Part shown: one piece after another, positions 13,845 to 28,592 of the stretch
Layout of the letters: each line of letters starts with the position of its first letter
Position numbering within the stretch: position 1 is the stretch's first letter
Program-made: the position numbers and the translations under genes
Assembly (NCBI GenBank): GCA_951406725.2
Contig: OX597837.1
Coordinates: 41,912,001 to 41,976,000 of the forward strand
Length of the DNA: 64,000 bases
Source: Octopus vulgaris
Lineage: Eukaryota
Direction of reading: 5' to 3'
Notes under the pieces: model-generated
What the model was told of the DNA's origin: nothing
The model's input: only the letters and a program-made list of their open reading frames with translations
The model's database searches: none

Positions 13845-14355
13845 AAATACCTATTTCTTTACTACCCACAAGGGGCTAAACACAGAGGGGACAAACAAGG
13901 ACAGACAAATGGATTAAGTTGATTACATCAACCCCAGTGCACAACTGGTACTTATTTAATCAACCCCGAAAGGATGAAAGGCAAAGTTGACCTCGGCGGA
14001 ATTTGAACTCAGAACGTAACGGCAGACGAAAAACGGCTACGCATTTCACCCGGCGTACTAACCATTCTGCCAGCTCACCGACAAAATACGGTTAAGCATT
14101 TTGCCTGCTGCGCTAATGATTCTGCCCTCTCACAGCACACACATTGGTTTCAAATTTTGGCACAAGGCCAGTAATTGGGAGGTGGGGTGAGGTGAGGGAA
14201 ATCGATTATGTTGACCTCAGTACTCAACTAGTAGTTATTTTACTGACCCTTAGAGGATGAAAGGCAGAGTCGACCCTGGTGGGATTTGAACTCAGAACGT
14301 AAAGGCACGCGGGGAATGCCATTAAGCATTTTGCCCGGCAGGCTAATGATTCTGC
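13845..14355 (-). mobile_element. Cluster of family B SINE copies
   Basis: One near-full copy at 13852-14080 and an older copy at ~14145-14355 with the alternative tail. Confidence 0.75.
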
Positions 14356-14904
14356 TACGTAGCCATACAACTGCTGCATCAGAAATACAGCTGATGCCTG
14401 TAATGAGAAGGTCAGTGCAAGACGCTATAATGCAGTCTTAGAGTTCATAGTAAACACATTTCTATGGTATTAGTTTAGCAGAAGCAGATATTGCTGTACA
14501 CAGAAGAGAATTAATCAATAGACACAAAATATATATGTGTGTGTATATGTGTGTATATATGTGTGTGTGTATAAAAAATTAATGTGGAGATTAGGATTGA
14601 TCTGCTTCTTATAAACACAGGACTAAAATAGCACCAGTCATCTGAAGTATTCTTCTTGTGAACTGTTGAAATTTCTTTTTAATATTTACGAAAGGTAAAG
14701 CAGGTGCAAAATGTAACGAGACTGCCTTTCTCGCTGGGAGAAAATGAAACAGGAGGAGGAATTTGGTGAGAAGGCCGCGGTAGGAATGGTAAACAGAATC
14801 GTTCAAAGAAGAAAACAAAAACAAAAACAAAAAAAATCAAAGAATTACAACACAGCAACAACAACAACACACACACACAAATGTGCAAAAGACTAAAGGT
14901 GAAG

Positions 14905-14952
<48 letters not shown>

Positions 14953-15270
14953 CGTGTGTCTACTTCACATTAACAAAATGAAAACGTCTTATTTCTATCA
15001 GAGTCTGGTAAAAGAGATAACTGAGAAGATTGATTCCTGGGTGGACGCAGCTATGGTCAAAAAGTGCAGTTCACAACTAAATGGCTACAGGTTCAATCCC
15101 ACAGCATGGCACCTCGGATTGGTCAAAATCTTATGAGTGAAAATTCAGGAGGTGGAAACTGTGTAGAAGCCAATCAATGCGAGTGACCCGTTCCTGTTGT
15201 GAATGGTAGAATTAATCTGTTGCCAGGTCTAACTTGACCACTGGCCTTGGAATAAGGAAAGTCCCTTTCG

Positions 15271-15525
15271 CAGTGTTTCTGAACCATTTTTTTTTTGCCT
15301 TTTGACCCCTCTGATTCCTGTTTTACTAGGATGGACCCTCATAGCCATCCAATGTTTAAAAAAAAAAAACCTATAATTATATTTTTATAATTAGTTATTA
15401 TTAGGAATTGTTAAAATATTTTGTGTCTTGTAGAAATAAAACCATTTAATTGCACATAAATTTTGACAGCAAAATCTTATGTGGACCCCACCAAGGGTCA
15501 TATGAACCCCAGTTGAGAACCACTG
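15271..15525. mobile_element. hAT (Charlie-like) MITE
   Basis: Imperfect TIRs CAGTGTTTCTGAAC / GTTGAGAACCACTG; no clear 8-bp TSD. Confidence 0.6.
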
Positions 15526-15729
15526 ATTTAGACACAGGGGCCAGATGTGAGAGGCTTATGAGGTTACTGTGGACAACACTTCCTCAAGGTATCACGGAGT
15601 AGGGATTGAAACCAGAATCACATGTTTTGCTCAGTACACTTCCACCCGATCTAGCCACCCTGGCTTCCATATTAATGAAGAAAAGAAAGGAGAAAAAGAA
15701 AAGATAGAAAAAAAGCAAGATAAACTTAC

Positions 15730-15842
15730 AGGTGGAAGAAACATTTTTCTTCTCAGCCAATCCCTTTAGTTCAAGGGTGGCCATCTCAAGCCGTTCGCGT
15801 AGACTTTTAACATCCTTTGAAACTGGATTTAGATGAATATCT
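15730..15842 (-). CDS. FUT8: FUT8 second coding exon (stem/coiled-coil), 113 bp
   Basis: Strong acceptor ctttcgtttcttttcttttcag and donor T|gtaagt. The phase-2 join to the first exon gives an open frame (K)DIHLNPVSKDVKSLRERLEMATLELKGLAEKKNVSST, ending in phase 1. Length and helical pattern resemble the human segment [39 protein letters not shown]. Confidence 0.8.
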
Positions 15843-15924
15843 CTGAAAAGAAAAGAAACGAAAGAGTGTTAATATTGCTTTAGTCACAGAGGATGTTAAT
15901 CATCATAATCATCGTTATTTTTAA

Positions 15925-16375
15925 GGCAGTGATGAGGGACAAAATGCCTAACAGTATTTCTTCTGACTTAACGTTCTGAGTTCAAATCTCGCCAAGGTTG
16001 ACTTTGCCTTTCATTCTTTTGGGGGGTCGATAAAATATGTACCAGTTGAACATATCGGGAGGGGGTCAATGTAATCGACTCTCTTCCCCACCGCCTCATC
16101 CGAATTTGCTGGCCTTGTACCAAATTTGAAATTGTTATTATAATTATTATTATCAAGGTGGTGAGCTGGCAGAATCGTTAGCACGCTGGGCAAAAGGCTT
16201 GGCAGTATTTCGTCCGTCTTTACATTCTGAGTTCATATTCTGCTGAGGTCGACTTTGCCTTTCATTCTTTCAGGGGTTGATAAATTAAGTACCAGTTGAG
16301 TACTGGTCTCGATCTAATCGACTGGCCCCCCCTCCCCCCAAATTTCGGGCCTTGTGCCTAGAGCAGAAAAGGTTA
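15925..16375 (+). mobile_element. Two tandem family B SINEs (alternative tail ending in (ATT)n)
   Basis: B box and core at ~15970 and ~16225; tails GGCCTTGTACCAAATTTGAAA and GGCCTTGTGCCTAGAGCAGAAAAG. Confidence 0.75.
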
Positions 16376-16808
16376 TTATTGTTATTATTATTATTATTAT
16401 TTATTATTATTATTATTACTACTACTACTACTACTACTGTAAAAACCCATGCATTTTTTTTTTTTTTTTTGCAATGATGAAAATAAGCTTTAGCAGGCGC
16501 GTAAATTACATGAGTAGATTGTTTTCAGAATTTTTTTGAAATTTTTTTTGCTGCAAAAAAGATGCCCAAAACATAAACATTTGTATCGGAAGTTGACTCA
16601 TTTACTGTCAGAATAGGTTTTTACAGAAAAAAATAATGGATTAAATATAATGAAGTTGGTTTATTTATGCTGGACGGTACAAAGCTTACATTTTCTGTAT
16701 AAATTTACTAAAACCATTAAAAGGTTAACTACTTTTTGAAGTCTGACATTCATGCTGGTAAACACAGTCTGGGCCATATTTTACATTGCTTAGAGTTTCT
16801 ACCTATCA

Positions 16809-17140
16809 GCGTAGGAGTGGCTGTGTGGTAAGTAGCTTGCTTACAAACCACATGGTTCTGGGTTCAGTTCCACTGCGTGGCATCTTGGGCAAGTGTCTTC
16901 TACTATAGCCTCGGGCCGACCAAAGCCTTGTGAGTGGATTTGGTAGACGGAAACTGAAAGAAGCCAGTCATATATATATGTATATGTATGTGTGTGTGTA
17001 TATGCTTGTGTGTCTGTGTTTGTCCCCCCAACATTGCTTGACAACTGATGCTGGTGTGTTTACGTCCCCGTAACTTAGCCTTGTGAGTGGATTTAGTAGA
17101 TGGATTTGCATAATAGTGGTTTTGTCTCTAATTTGATATA

Positions 17141-17172
<32 letters not shown>

Positions 17173-17392
17173 GCATGTGTGTGTTTGTGTGTCTGTGTTT
17201 GTCCCCCTAGCATTGCTTGACAACCGATGCTGGTGTGTTTATGTCCCTGTTACTTAGCGGTTCGGCAAAAGAGACCGATAGAATAAGTACAGGGCTTACA
17301 AAAGAATAAGTCCCGGGGTCGAATTGCTCGATTAAAGGCAGTGCTCCAGCATGGCCGCAGTCAAATGACTGAAACAAGTAAAAGAGTAAGAG
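16809..17392 (+). mobile_element. Family A SINE, internally rearranged/duplicated
   Basis: Head to mid-body (16809-17078), then a repeated piece and a second 3' half. Confidence 0.8.
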
Positions 17393-17561
17393 TATATTTA
17401 ATTTCTCCTTCGCAGTAAACAATTCATAAGTTCTGCCCATACCGACAACAACAGTAACGACAAATTTTTAAGTGTGCTTGACATTTTATAAGTGTGAAAG
17501 GAATCAAAATTTCAATATTCCATATCAAAGGTTCCGACAAGACTAGGCAGAAAAGAACTCT

Positions 17562-17822
17562 GCTGGCCCCCGTGCCGGTGGCACGTAAAAGCACCATCCG
17601 TTCGTGGCCGTTTGCCAGCTCCATCTGGCTCCTGTGCGGGTGGCACGTAAAAAGCACCCACTACACTCGTGGAGTGGTTGGCGTTAGGAAGGGCATCCAG
17701 CCGTAGAAACTCTGCCAGATCAGACTGGGCCTGATGCAGCCTTCTGGCTTCACAGACCCCAGTTGAACCGTCCAACCCATGCAAGCATGGAAAGCGGACG
17801 CTAAATGATGATAATGATGATA
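17562..17822 (+). mobile_element. Family C retroposon
   Basis: Two internal repeats plus the RTE-like tail. Confidence 0.75.
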
Positions 17823-18336
17823 ATCAGTTTGATCGGTCACCTTCTGTCGGTTGAGCAAAAGTGTCATCCAAGCTGATGTTTATTGGTAATTAACCTTAAT
17901 TTGCAACACCTGTGCGTATTTATCAGCTTCGGTTTTTTTGGTAATTATCAACTTTTCCTGTGATTACGAATTGAGAAGACATACAGAAGTGTGCTAAAGA
18001 TCGGACATAATCTCTTGTGGGCAAGAAATGTAAAATAAAGTTTATTATAAACAACACAAACGCTTTGTAATTTAATAGCTTTCAATGTGACACCTGTTAA
18101 ATAGAAATTATTTTTATTTAATGAAAATTTAATAAAATCTAATCATAATTAAGTGAAATTATGCTAAATGTAACTAAATTGAAAGCCTTCTTCCTCTGGC
18201 TATATCGGCAATTCTGAAAACTTTTGGGTGCGAATTTTACATGAGTAGAAGCTTTTTTTTAATAAATTTTATCCTGAAAAATCACCTGCGTAAATTACTC
18301 AGGTGCACAAATTACATGGGGTTTTATGGTATATTT

Positions 18337-18709
18337 TGAGTTCAAATCATACCAAAATCAACTATGCCTTTCATCCTTTCAGAGTTGATAAAATAAAGTA
18401 CTAGCCAAATACTGAGGATCAATGGCATTAATCGAATCCTTTTCTTCAAAATTGCTGGCCTTGAGTGTAAATTAGAAACCAGTATTTTGTTCTAAAGGCG
18501 GCAAGCTGGCAGAATCGTTAGTACGCTGGTTGAAGCACTGAGCTGTTTTTCACCTATCCCTACGTTCTGAGTTCAAATTCCTCCGAGGTTGACTTTGCCT
18601 TTCATCCTTTTAGGGTCGATAAATTAAGTACCAGTGAAACACTGGGGTCAATGTAATTGACTAGTCCCCTCCCCACAAAATTCCAGACCTTGTGCCTATA
18701 GCAGAAAAG

Positions 18710-18747
<38 letters not shown>

Positions 18748-18980
18748 GGTGGTGAGCTGAGAGAATCGTTAGCATGCCAAGCAAAATGTTTTGCGGCATT
18801 TCGCTCGTCTTTACATTCTGAGTTCAAATTCTGCCAAGGTGGTCTTTGCCTTTCATCCTTTTGGGGTTGATAAATTAAATACCAGTTACACACTGGGGTT
18901 GATGTAATTGACTAGTCCCCTCCCCCACTAAATTTCAGGCTTTGTGCTTTTAGTAGAAAGAATTATTATTATTATTATGA
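18337..18980 (+). mobile_element. Three head-to-tail family B SINEs
   Basis: Core motif at ~18365, ~18590 and ~18845; (ATT)n tails. Confidence 0.75.
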
Positions 18981-19466
18981 TGTTCGTGAATTAAAATCGT
19001 GGCAAGGCTAACTTTGCCTTTCATTTCTTTGAGGTCAATAAAATAAAGTACCAGTCTAGTATTAGATTGCCCCATAATCAAATACAACCCACCCCTTAAG
19101 AAAATGTCAGGGTAGTAGATTGGGATGAAGACAGAGGTTATGTTCATCGGTGTATATATTTGTGTGTGTGTGTATGTAAATTTATGGGTACATGTGTGTG
19201 TATTAATAAATACACGAACGTGTGTGTGGGTAAATAGATATTTGTTTGTATATGAATACATGTGTACTGGGATATAATCGAAGACACACTTGCCTAAGGT
19301 GCTATGTAGTGGGACTGAACCTGGAACAATGTGGTTGGGAAGCAAGCTTCTTATATATTCATACACCCAGATACACATATTTATATACACACACAATTAT
19401 ATATTTACACACATACACACCCATTTTTCCATACAAACACACACATATATATTCATACATTCAGAT

Positions 19467-19722
19467 ATCATCATCATCGTTTAACGTCCGCTTTCCATGC
19501 TAGCATGGGTTGGACGGTTCAACTGGGGTCTGGGGAGCCCGAAGGCTGCACCAGGCCAGTCAGATCTGGCAGTGTTTCTACAGCTGGGTGCCCTTCCTAA
19601 CGCCAACCACTCCGAGAGTGTAGTGGGTGATTTTATGTGCCACCGACACAGGTGCCAGACGAGGCTGGCAAACGGCCACGCTCGGATGGTGTTTTTTATG
19701 TGCCACCGACACAGGTGCCAGA
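19467..19722 (-). mobile_element. Family C retroposon
   Basis: (CAT)n-GTTTAACGTCCGC... tail plus two internal repeats. Confidence 0.75.
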
Positions 19723-19960
19723 TATAAATATATTAATACACAAAAATATTATATTAATACACAAAAATACCCATTTAACACAGTCACACACATACATATT
19801 CATACACTCAGGTACACATGTATTCATATACAAACAAATATCTATTTACCCACACACATGCTCGTATATTTATTAATACTCACACATGTACCCATATATT
19901 TATACACATACATACACAGATGAACATATACTAATATGCATATATATGTATACGCATACC

Positions 19961-20006
<46 letters not shown>

Positions 20007-20076
20007 CACACACCAGCACATATTTACAGATATACTCATATATTCATATATACAAATATATATTTACACACGCACG

Positions 20077-20112
<36 letters not shown>

Positions 20113-20601
20113 GAAAGACCGCTTTGATCGGAACAGCATCAGGTTCCCTTTATTCTGGTTTTCCTTTCCTCTCTCTATGTTTTATCACGAAATTACTTGG
20201 AAGTATTAATCTTAGTAAATATGGCGGCACGAGGGGGTTGAAGGGAGTGGGGGGAGGAGGAGGGCAAGAGAGGGAGAGAGAGAGAGTGTGTATAAGAGGG
20301 GTGGGTGGCGGGGGCTGCCAATGGTGTTATGGTGTCTCGGTCAAAATATTGTTGTTGTTGTTGTTGTTGTTGTTGCCCGAACCGGCTCACTTTGTGTTAT
20401 TGACCCCTTCAAAGGACCAATAAAGTTAGGTACCAGCAAAATACTGAAGTTGAGCGCAACCCAGTTTCCCCACCACAACCACCACCACCACCGGTGCCAT
20501 TGCAATTAACACCTCTTCTACCTTCAATATTCTTGAAAGATTCTAGACACACACACACAAAGATGCACACATGCACATCTTAGCAATTGCACATTCCAAA
20601 A

Positions 20602-20603
<2 letters not shown>

Positions 20604-20696
<93 letters not shown>

Positions 20697-20709
20697 CATA
20701 TATATATAC

Positions 20710-20740
<31 letters not shown>

Positions 20741-20741
20741 C

Positions 20742-20821
<80 letters not shown>

Positions 20822-20872
20822 ATATGTATGTGTATGTATGTATATGTGTGTGTGTGTATATATACATATATA
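20604..20872. repeat. Long (TA)n microsatellite
   Basis: Direct reading. Confidence 0.95.
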
Positions 20873-20930
20873 TTTCAATCAATTACTTTGAGGTTTTTTC
20901 CACAACAGTCTGTGAAACATACAGATACTC

Positions 20931-20968
<38 letters not shown>

Positions 20969-21069
20969 ATAGGCACATACACACACCAAGATATAATCCA
21001 CTCTTATATACGTACACACACACACACACACTGGAAATTGAGCATTCAGAGAGAATGGAAAACTACATC

Positions 21070-21770
21070 AATCACCAGCACGACCACCACCACCACCACC
21101 ACCACCACTACTACTACTACTAGAATGACACCAGCTACCACAACACCAACCACCATTACAAGTGCTACCACTCACACAACGCCAGCTCTATAGCACCAAC
21201 AAACCCCAACCATCACCTACACCACCACATCACCCACAACACTCATTGCAATTACCATCGGCATGACCACCAGCAACCACCACCTACCACTACCACAACC
21301 ACCATCATCACTACAGCATCAACCACCACCACCAATTCTACAACCACTACCACGATTGCCACAACGTCAACTATCACCACAACTATCACCACCACATCAG
21401 CAAGCACCACCACCACCACCACCACCACCAACATCACAACCACCACCACCAATACCACAACCACCACCACGATTGCCACAGCGTCGACTATCACCACAAC
21501 GATCACCACCACATCAGCAACCATCACCACCACCACCACCGCCATCACAATGCCACATCAACTACCACCACCACCACCACTGACACCACCACCACCACCA
21601 TTGCCACAACATCAACTATCACCACAACGATCACCACCACATCAGTAACCATCACCACCACCACCACCACCGCCATCACAATGCCACATCAACTACCACC
21701 ACCACCACCACCACCACCACCACCACCACCACCAGCACCACCGCTGCTGCTGCTGCTGCTGCTGCTGCCA
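21070..21770. repeat. (CAC)n-rich low-complexity tract with ~120-bp internal duplications
   Basis: ATTGCCACA...ACTATCACCACAAC recurs at ~21354, 21472 and 21600. Confidence 0.9.
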
Positions 21771-22619
21771 CCAAGAATATGACTACCAAAGGGGCTAATT
21801 CATCACTTAGTCTAGATTTGTAATTCCAGTCAGTGGACGACGATGAAAAGAACTAATATTAAAAGACATCTTTTGGTGAATTATAATTTACATTGGTCAC
21901 CAACCGCTAACCAGGAGGAAAAAACTGTGCATTTTCCTCTGCTTTTTAATTCCATACCTCAACCCCTCCGTCTTATTCTCTCACCTTCATCCTCCCCTCC
22001 TATAATTCTATTAACGCTATTTGTGTTTTCCTTGTAGTACAAAGGCAGTGACTTAACCACAGATGCACTCCAAGGGACATACATCCCTCTCCCTCTCTCC
22101 TTCTTCTTCCTCCCGTTCGCTCTCTCTCTTTCATTTTACATCTTAAAATGTGTTTATTATTTTTTTTGTTCATGAAGCACCGGTATTTTTTTTTTTTTGC
22201 TCTCCTTGATTTGTTTAATAACAGGCAAATCCGCCAAGCTCAAAAAGAATTTATTGGTGTCGGGCTATTACAGTAATTTAGCTCAACTAATACCGAACAC
22301 AGCTGATGGATTAGTGAGGAAAATGAAAAAAAAAAATAAAGGGGGCAGCAAAAAACCCCCCCACAAAAATAAAAAGCAGCATAATGAAAGCGACATGGAG
22401 TCGTGTAAACAGAGATGTTCACATGTATACCACATGGTAATAATGCACACAAACACATCAGCACAGAGACACTCGCTTGCATGCATGCAAATATCCATGC
22501 ACATGCATATATACATACACAAATGTGGACAAATATTGAATCAAACATGAAAATCCACTAAACGTATACTGGAATGCAAACAACAGATATATAGAGATAT
22601 ATAAGTTGCACACACACAC

Positions 22620-23860
22620 ACACACTTATACTTCATCACCTGGATACGGAAATACACACGCTTAAATATAGCCAACACACACACATACATACACACACAC
22701 ACATACATACACACACACACACACACACAGTTATACTCCATCCTGTCAATGCAGAAATACACACACTTAAATACAGCCAACACACACACACACATACATA
22801 CACACACGCACTTATACTCCATCCTCTGAATACAGAAACACACAAACACACACACACACACACATACATACATACACATACATACACACACACTTAAACT
22901 CCATCCCCCGAATACAGAAATACATACACACACTTAAATATAGCCAACACACACACAAACATGAGTGTGCACACATACTCTCTCAATCACATAGACACCC
23001 TTCAAACGCACACATACGCACACACACACACACACACAAACCTAACCACACAGACACACCCACATTGAACACAGCCAGCAAACATACACACTCCTATCCA
23101 TTCAACGCAGATACATGTGCACGTACACACGCATGCACACTCAAGTGTGTGTCAACGCAGACACACATGCATACACGCAGAAATCCATTTACGACAAACA
23201 CGCATGCATACACAGAAATCCATTTGACACAGATACACATATACACACACACACTCAACTACATAGACACCCTTCATACACATGCACACGCTTGCACACA
23301 CATACACACACACACACATTCAAAATCATCCAGCAAAGAGGTACACATGCACACACAGACACACACACCCACACTCTACACAGCCAACACACGCACACCC
23401 ACATCCATTCAATGCAGATACACACACGCACAAATACTTTCAATAGATGCACGCCCCCACACACACAACACCTACACACACCCACACACCCAGCATTAAG
23501 ACACCCTAAATATATATACACACCCACACACCTACACCACACATACACACCCACATCACGCCCCCACCACACATACACACACATATACACACCCACAACT
23601 CGCCCCCACCACACACATACACACCCACACCACGCCCCCACCACACACACACACATATACACACCCACATGTACACACCAACTCTTGCCCCCACCACACA
23701 CCCACACACACACCCACACCTCGCCCCCACCACACACATACACACCCACACCACACACATACACCCCCACCACACATACACCCCCACCTCGCCCCCACCA
23801 CACATACACCCCTACCTCGCCCCCACCACACCCACATCACCCCCCCCCTACACACACGCA
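22620..23860. repeat. (CA)-rich minisatellite region and CGCCCCCACCACAC repeats
   Basis: TTATACTCCATCC..ATACAGAAATACAC unit x4 (22620-22950); C-rich unit repeated at 23450-23850. Confidence 0.8.
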
Positions 23861-24048
23861 CGCACGCAAAAGAGTTAATCAAAGAAATCCACCCACCTCA
23901 GAAATGTTCAAATTTATACAAAATATTTCTAACCATTAATTAAAATTAAACAAAGAGCATTTAATTAATAGCTGGAAATTATCTAAAATAGCGAGAAAAC
24001 GTGGAGAAGCCGAGGCGGTAGAGCAGATACCAGAAAAGGAAGAAACTA

Positions 24049-24383
24049 ACCACCACCACCACATCACCACCATCACCACCATCATCATCATCACCACCAC
24101 CACCACCACCATCACCATCATTATCACCATCACTGCCACCACCACCACCACCACCACCACCACCACCACCACCATCATTATCACCATCATCATCATCACT
24201 GCCACCACCACTACCACCACCATCATTACCGCCACCACCACCACCACCATCATCACTGCCACCACCACCACCATCATCACTGCCACCACCACCACCATCA
24301 TTATCACTATCATCATCATCATCACTGCCACCACCACCACCACCACCACCACCACCGCTACCACCACCACCGCTACCACCACC
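24049..24383. repeat. (CAC/CAT)n trinucleotide tract
   Basis: Direct reading. Confidence 0.9.
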
Positions 24384-25239
24384 AGTACTGTAGTTTAATA
24401 TCTTTATCATTTTTAGAACTGGGGAAGAAGAGGTGATACAGCAATGATAGCTGAAAAAGATGGAAGAGGAGGAGGAGGGGAAAGAGGAGGGGAGGAGATG
24501 TAGCAATGTAGTAAAGATAGATGAGGAAGGAAGCTTTTTTTTTTACACTAGGTCCTGATAAAAGGGGTATTTTAAATGATATCAATCTCACTTATGTGTG
24601 GGGGGGGGGTAGCCCTGCAAAGCCCCTCCCAACATAGGTGAGATCGGTGCTATTTAAACTCCCTAGCATTTCAGCAAAAACCATACCTGGGACCCAAATA
24701 TTTTTTTTTACCTGTTTTATGTTCAAACTGGCCTGATCAGGCCTTTCACACATACCCTGCAATGTCATTCTTAAAAGGGGACAAACACATGGTCAGAATC
24801 TCGAAGCTATGAGATAAGCCATGATTAATTCAAATCAATGTGAACGAATAGGCTCAGGCGTGGATGTGTGGTAAGAAGCTTGCTTTCTAACCACATGGTT
24901 CCAGGTTCAATCCCATTGAGCAGCATATTGGACAAGTGTTTTCCACCATAAGTACAAAGCCCAGCACAAGATGGCTGGACATGACAGGGGAAGACCTCCA
25001 GAAGCCCAATGTTATCTTGGAGGATGTATAGGGGCTGGCACAAGGCTGTCAGTGACAGAGAGCACTGGTGGACCTGGTCAGCTCTATGCAATGATGACAC
25101 CTCTGAGATCGCTAACCTGGGATGACCCAGAGCCCCATTTATCAAGAGCATGAAGTAAGCTTAAAAAAAAAAGTACTAGGCTCAATTATTTGATTGGAAA
25201 AATTCATAAAAGTGGTGCCCCAGCATGGCCACAGTCTAA

Positions 25240-25843
25240 TCATCATCATTTAACGTCCGCTTTCCATGCTGGCATGGGTTGGACAGTTTGACTGGAGACT
25301 GGTGAGCTAGATGGCTGCACCAGGCTCCAATCTGATCTGGCAGAGTTTCTCCAGCAACAACCATGCTCAAATGGTGTTTTTACGTGCCACCTGCACAGGA
25401 GCCAGTCGAGTGGCACTGGCAATGCCCTTGCTTGAATATTGTTTTTCACATACCACCGGCACATGCTGAGCACCGCCTTTAGTCGAGCAAGTTGACCCAA
25501 AGACTTATTCTTTGTAAGCCTAGTACTTATTCTATCGATCTCTTTTGCCGAACCGCTAAGTTACAGGGACGTAAACACACCAGCATCGGTTGTCAAGCAA
25601 TGTTGGTGGGGGGGGGGGGCACAGACACACAAACAAAATACACACACACATACATAAATATAAATATATATATATATATATACGATGGGCTTCTTTCAGT
25701 TTCCGTCAACCAAATCCACTCACAAGGCTTTGGTCGGCCCGAGGCTATAGTAAAAGACACTTGCTCAAGGTGCCATGCAGTGGGACTGAACCCGGAACCA
25801 TGTGGTTGGTAAGCAAGCTACTTACCACACAGCCACGCCTACA
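25240..25843 (-). mobile_element. Family C fragment abutting a 3'-truncated family A SINE
   Basis: Family C at 25240-25465; family A at 25468-25843. Confidence 0.75.
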
Positions 25844-26897
25844 CCTACGTAGAATATTAATTCAAAACGCCTCCTCCAACTTATTGATATACCAGCATGG
25901 GAAAAGTAACAATAAAAAACAACAACAACAACAACGATGATAATGAAAGCATCGCTGATTATCTCTTGCTCAAAAGTTTCAAATCCATTAATGCTTCTGT
26001 TACCATATTCCTGTTGAAATATACTGCCTTTGTTTCAGATAATTCTGGAAATGATAATGATGGATTTAGTTAAATAAAGGCTGTCGTTATTAACCCTTCC
26101 ACTGCCCTGTGTATCGCATATGATACATAGGATTTATTCCCTTGTCATCCATGCATCATATAGATAAACATTCCCGATTTAGTAACTCGGGATTTATGAA
26201 AGGAAAGCTTTATATATTACTCAGAACGCAGCAAACAAAGGCTGACTAACAGTCTGTAAGCAAGCAAGGATTTTGTGTTACAGCACAGAATACTGTGTTG
26301 TTTACCTTGTGAGAACCTTCTCATATAGACTGGGGTCGATGTAATCAACTTAATCCCTTTGTTCGTCCTTGTTTGTCCCCTCTGCGTTTAGCCCCTTGTG
26401 GGCAATAAAGAAATAATAATCAGAGGTAGATTCGTATCAAAATGGTTAAAGCTACACACAGACTACAAAAGAAGGTTTAGTTCACAACATTTCATAACGG
26501 CTGGTTTTCCAGTTTCTCTGATGTGTAAATTCCTCTTTGGACAGGATGCTAGTCTGTTGCTGGATTACTCATTTTTACCAGCAGTGTGGACTGAAGTAAT
26601 GTGAAATGAAGGGTTTTGCTCAATAACCCAATGCATCACCTGGAATCAAAACCACAATCTTATAATCATGAGTCCAACACTCTATCCACTAAGCCATGCA
26701 CCTCCACAAGAGGGCTATAAGCAGAGCTGTTTTGTTGCAAAATTTAAACTGAATTATTACAAAATTTTAAATTTACTGAGGGCTGAATTATTGGTTTCAG
26801 GATCAGTCCCACTGCATGGCAACTTTGGCAAGTGTCTTCTACAATAAACCCAAGTTGACCAAAGCCTTGAGAGTGGATCTGATAGATAGAAACTTTA

Positions 26898-27102
26898 AGA
26901 TGGCGAGCTGGCAAAAACGTTAGCACGTCTGCTGCTATGTTCTGAGTTCAAATTCTGCCGAAGTCGACTTTGCCTTTCATCCTTTCGGAGTCAATTAAAT
27001 AAGTACCAGTTACGCACTGGGATCAATGTAATCGACTTAATCCATTTGTCTGTCCTTGTTTGTCCTCTCTCTGTGTAGCCCCTTGTGGGCAGTAAAGAAA
27101 TA
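26898..27102 (+). mobile_element. Family B SINE nested among family A fragments
   Basis: Head, core and tail present; family A pieces on both sides. Confidence 0.7.
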
Positions 27103-27604
27103 AGAAACTGAAAGAAGCCCACTATATATATGCATGCGTGTCCCCTTGCAACCACCAACTGACAACCAGTGTTGGTTTGTTTACATCCCCATAACTTAGT
27201 AGTTTGATGAAAGTGACCGACAGAATAAAAAGCAGACTTTAAAAGAAATATGTACTGGGGCCGATTTGTTCGATCAGAACCCTTCATGGTGGTGGCCCAG
27301 CATGGCTGCAGTCCAATGACTGAAATAAAAAAAAAACAAAACAAAAAAATCTCCTTCTCCTTAAAAAATAATCGATTCTTTCTGGCCATGCTACGACACA
27401 GACAATCGAATCAAACTCAAATTACCGCTACCACCTCGCTACCTCGCTATTTAATCTTATCCACTCCAGAGCAGTGGGTAAACTTGATCAAAGAAGGATT
27501 AGTAACTCAGAACAGTATGAGAAGCAAATTAGCTGTCGTAAAATAATGGTTTTGGTCTCTCGATGGTGTATTAGTACTAAATAATCCATAGCAAGTATTC
27601 TAAT

Positions 27605-28405
27605 AGCAATAACAATAACAATAATAATAATAATAATAATAACAATGGTGGTAGTTGTGGTGGTGATGATGGTGATGATTGGACTATTGGTGGTGGTACT
27701 GGTGATGAGGAGGGTGCTGATGGTGATGGTGGTGATGACACAATGGAATACAATAATAGGTTCTGAGACAACGGTAAGCCCCCCCCTTTAGTAATGCAGA
27801 AAACACAATAATCAATTCGGTTCATCTACATCAATTTTTGGTATTTATTTTATCAACTTCAAAGGAAGATGAAAGGAAGATAGAGAGAAAAAAAGCAAAA
27901 AAGCAACAACAACAACAACATCAACAACAAAGATAACAAAATATGAACAACCGTTGTGTACTGGAAGCACATGGAGAAGAAAAGCATACAATACTACGCT
28001 TTGAATAGTGGTAGCAGTGGTGGTGGTGGTGGTGGTGGTCATGATGTTGATGATGGTGATAATGATGATGAAGACATTGGTGGTGGTGATGGTGGTGATG
28101 TTGATAATGATGATGATGAGGATGTTGATGGTGATACTAACGATAGTGGTGACGATGGGGTGGTAGTGGTGATGGTGGTAGTTATGATATCGCTGATGGT
28201 GATAATGATAGCGAAAGATGCTGACGGCGGTGGTGAGGAGGAAGGTGGTGATGCTGATAACGATGGGGACAACGATGACGATGATGGTTGATGACGAAGG
28301 GGATGATGATGATGATGATGAGGAGGAGGAGGAGGAGGATGATGATGATGACAGCAATGACATTGATGATGAGGATGATGATGATGGTGATGATGATGAT
28401 GATAA
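27605..28405. repeat. (AAT)n, (GGT/GAT)n low-complexity tracts
   Basis: Direct reading. Confidence 0.9.
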
Positions 28406-28536
28406 TTGTAGAAGAGGAAAAAGAATCCACTTTTGCTAGACTCAGAGCTAACTTTGTAAAGAGAGAGAGTATAATTGATAAATCAATTGTTGCATTGGTA
28501 GCTATTTCTACTACACCAGTGTGTGTGCGTGTGTAT

Positions 28537-28592
<56 letters not shown>

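Larger units (their letters stand above)
16437..18329. mobile_element. Decayed Tc1-mariner (pogo/Tigger-like) non-autonomous element with nested SINEs
   Basis: TA|CTGTAAAAACCCATGCA at the left and ATTACATGGGGTTTTATGG|TA at the right form imperfect TIRs. A GCGTAAATTAC subterminal motif occurs near both ends. Confidence 0.5.

Noticed and set aside
26090-26140. TTAA|CCCTTCCACTGCC piggyBac-like end with a subterminal palindrome
   Set aside because: No matching opposite terminus was found.
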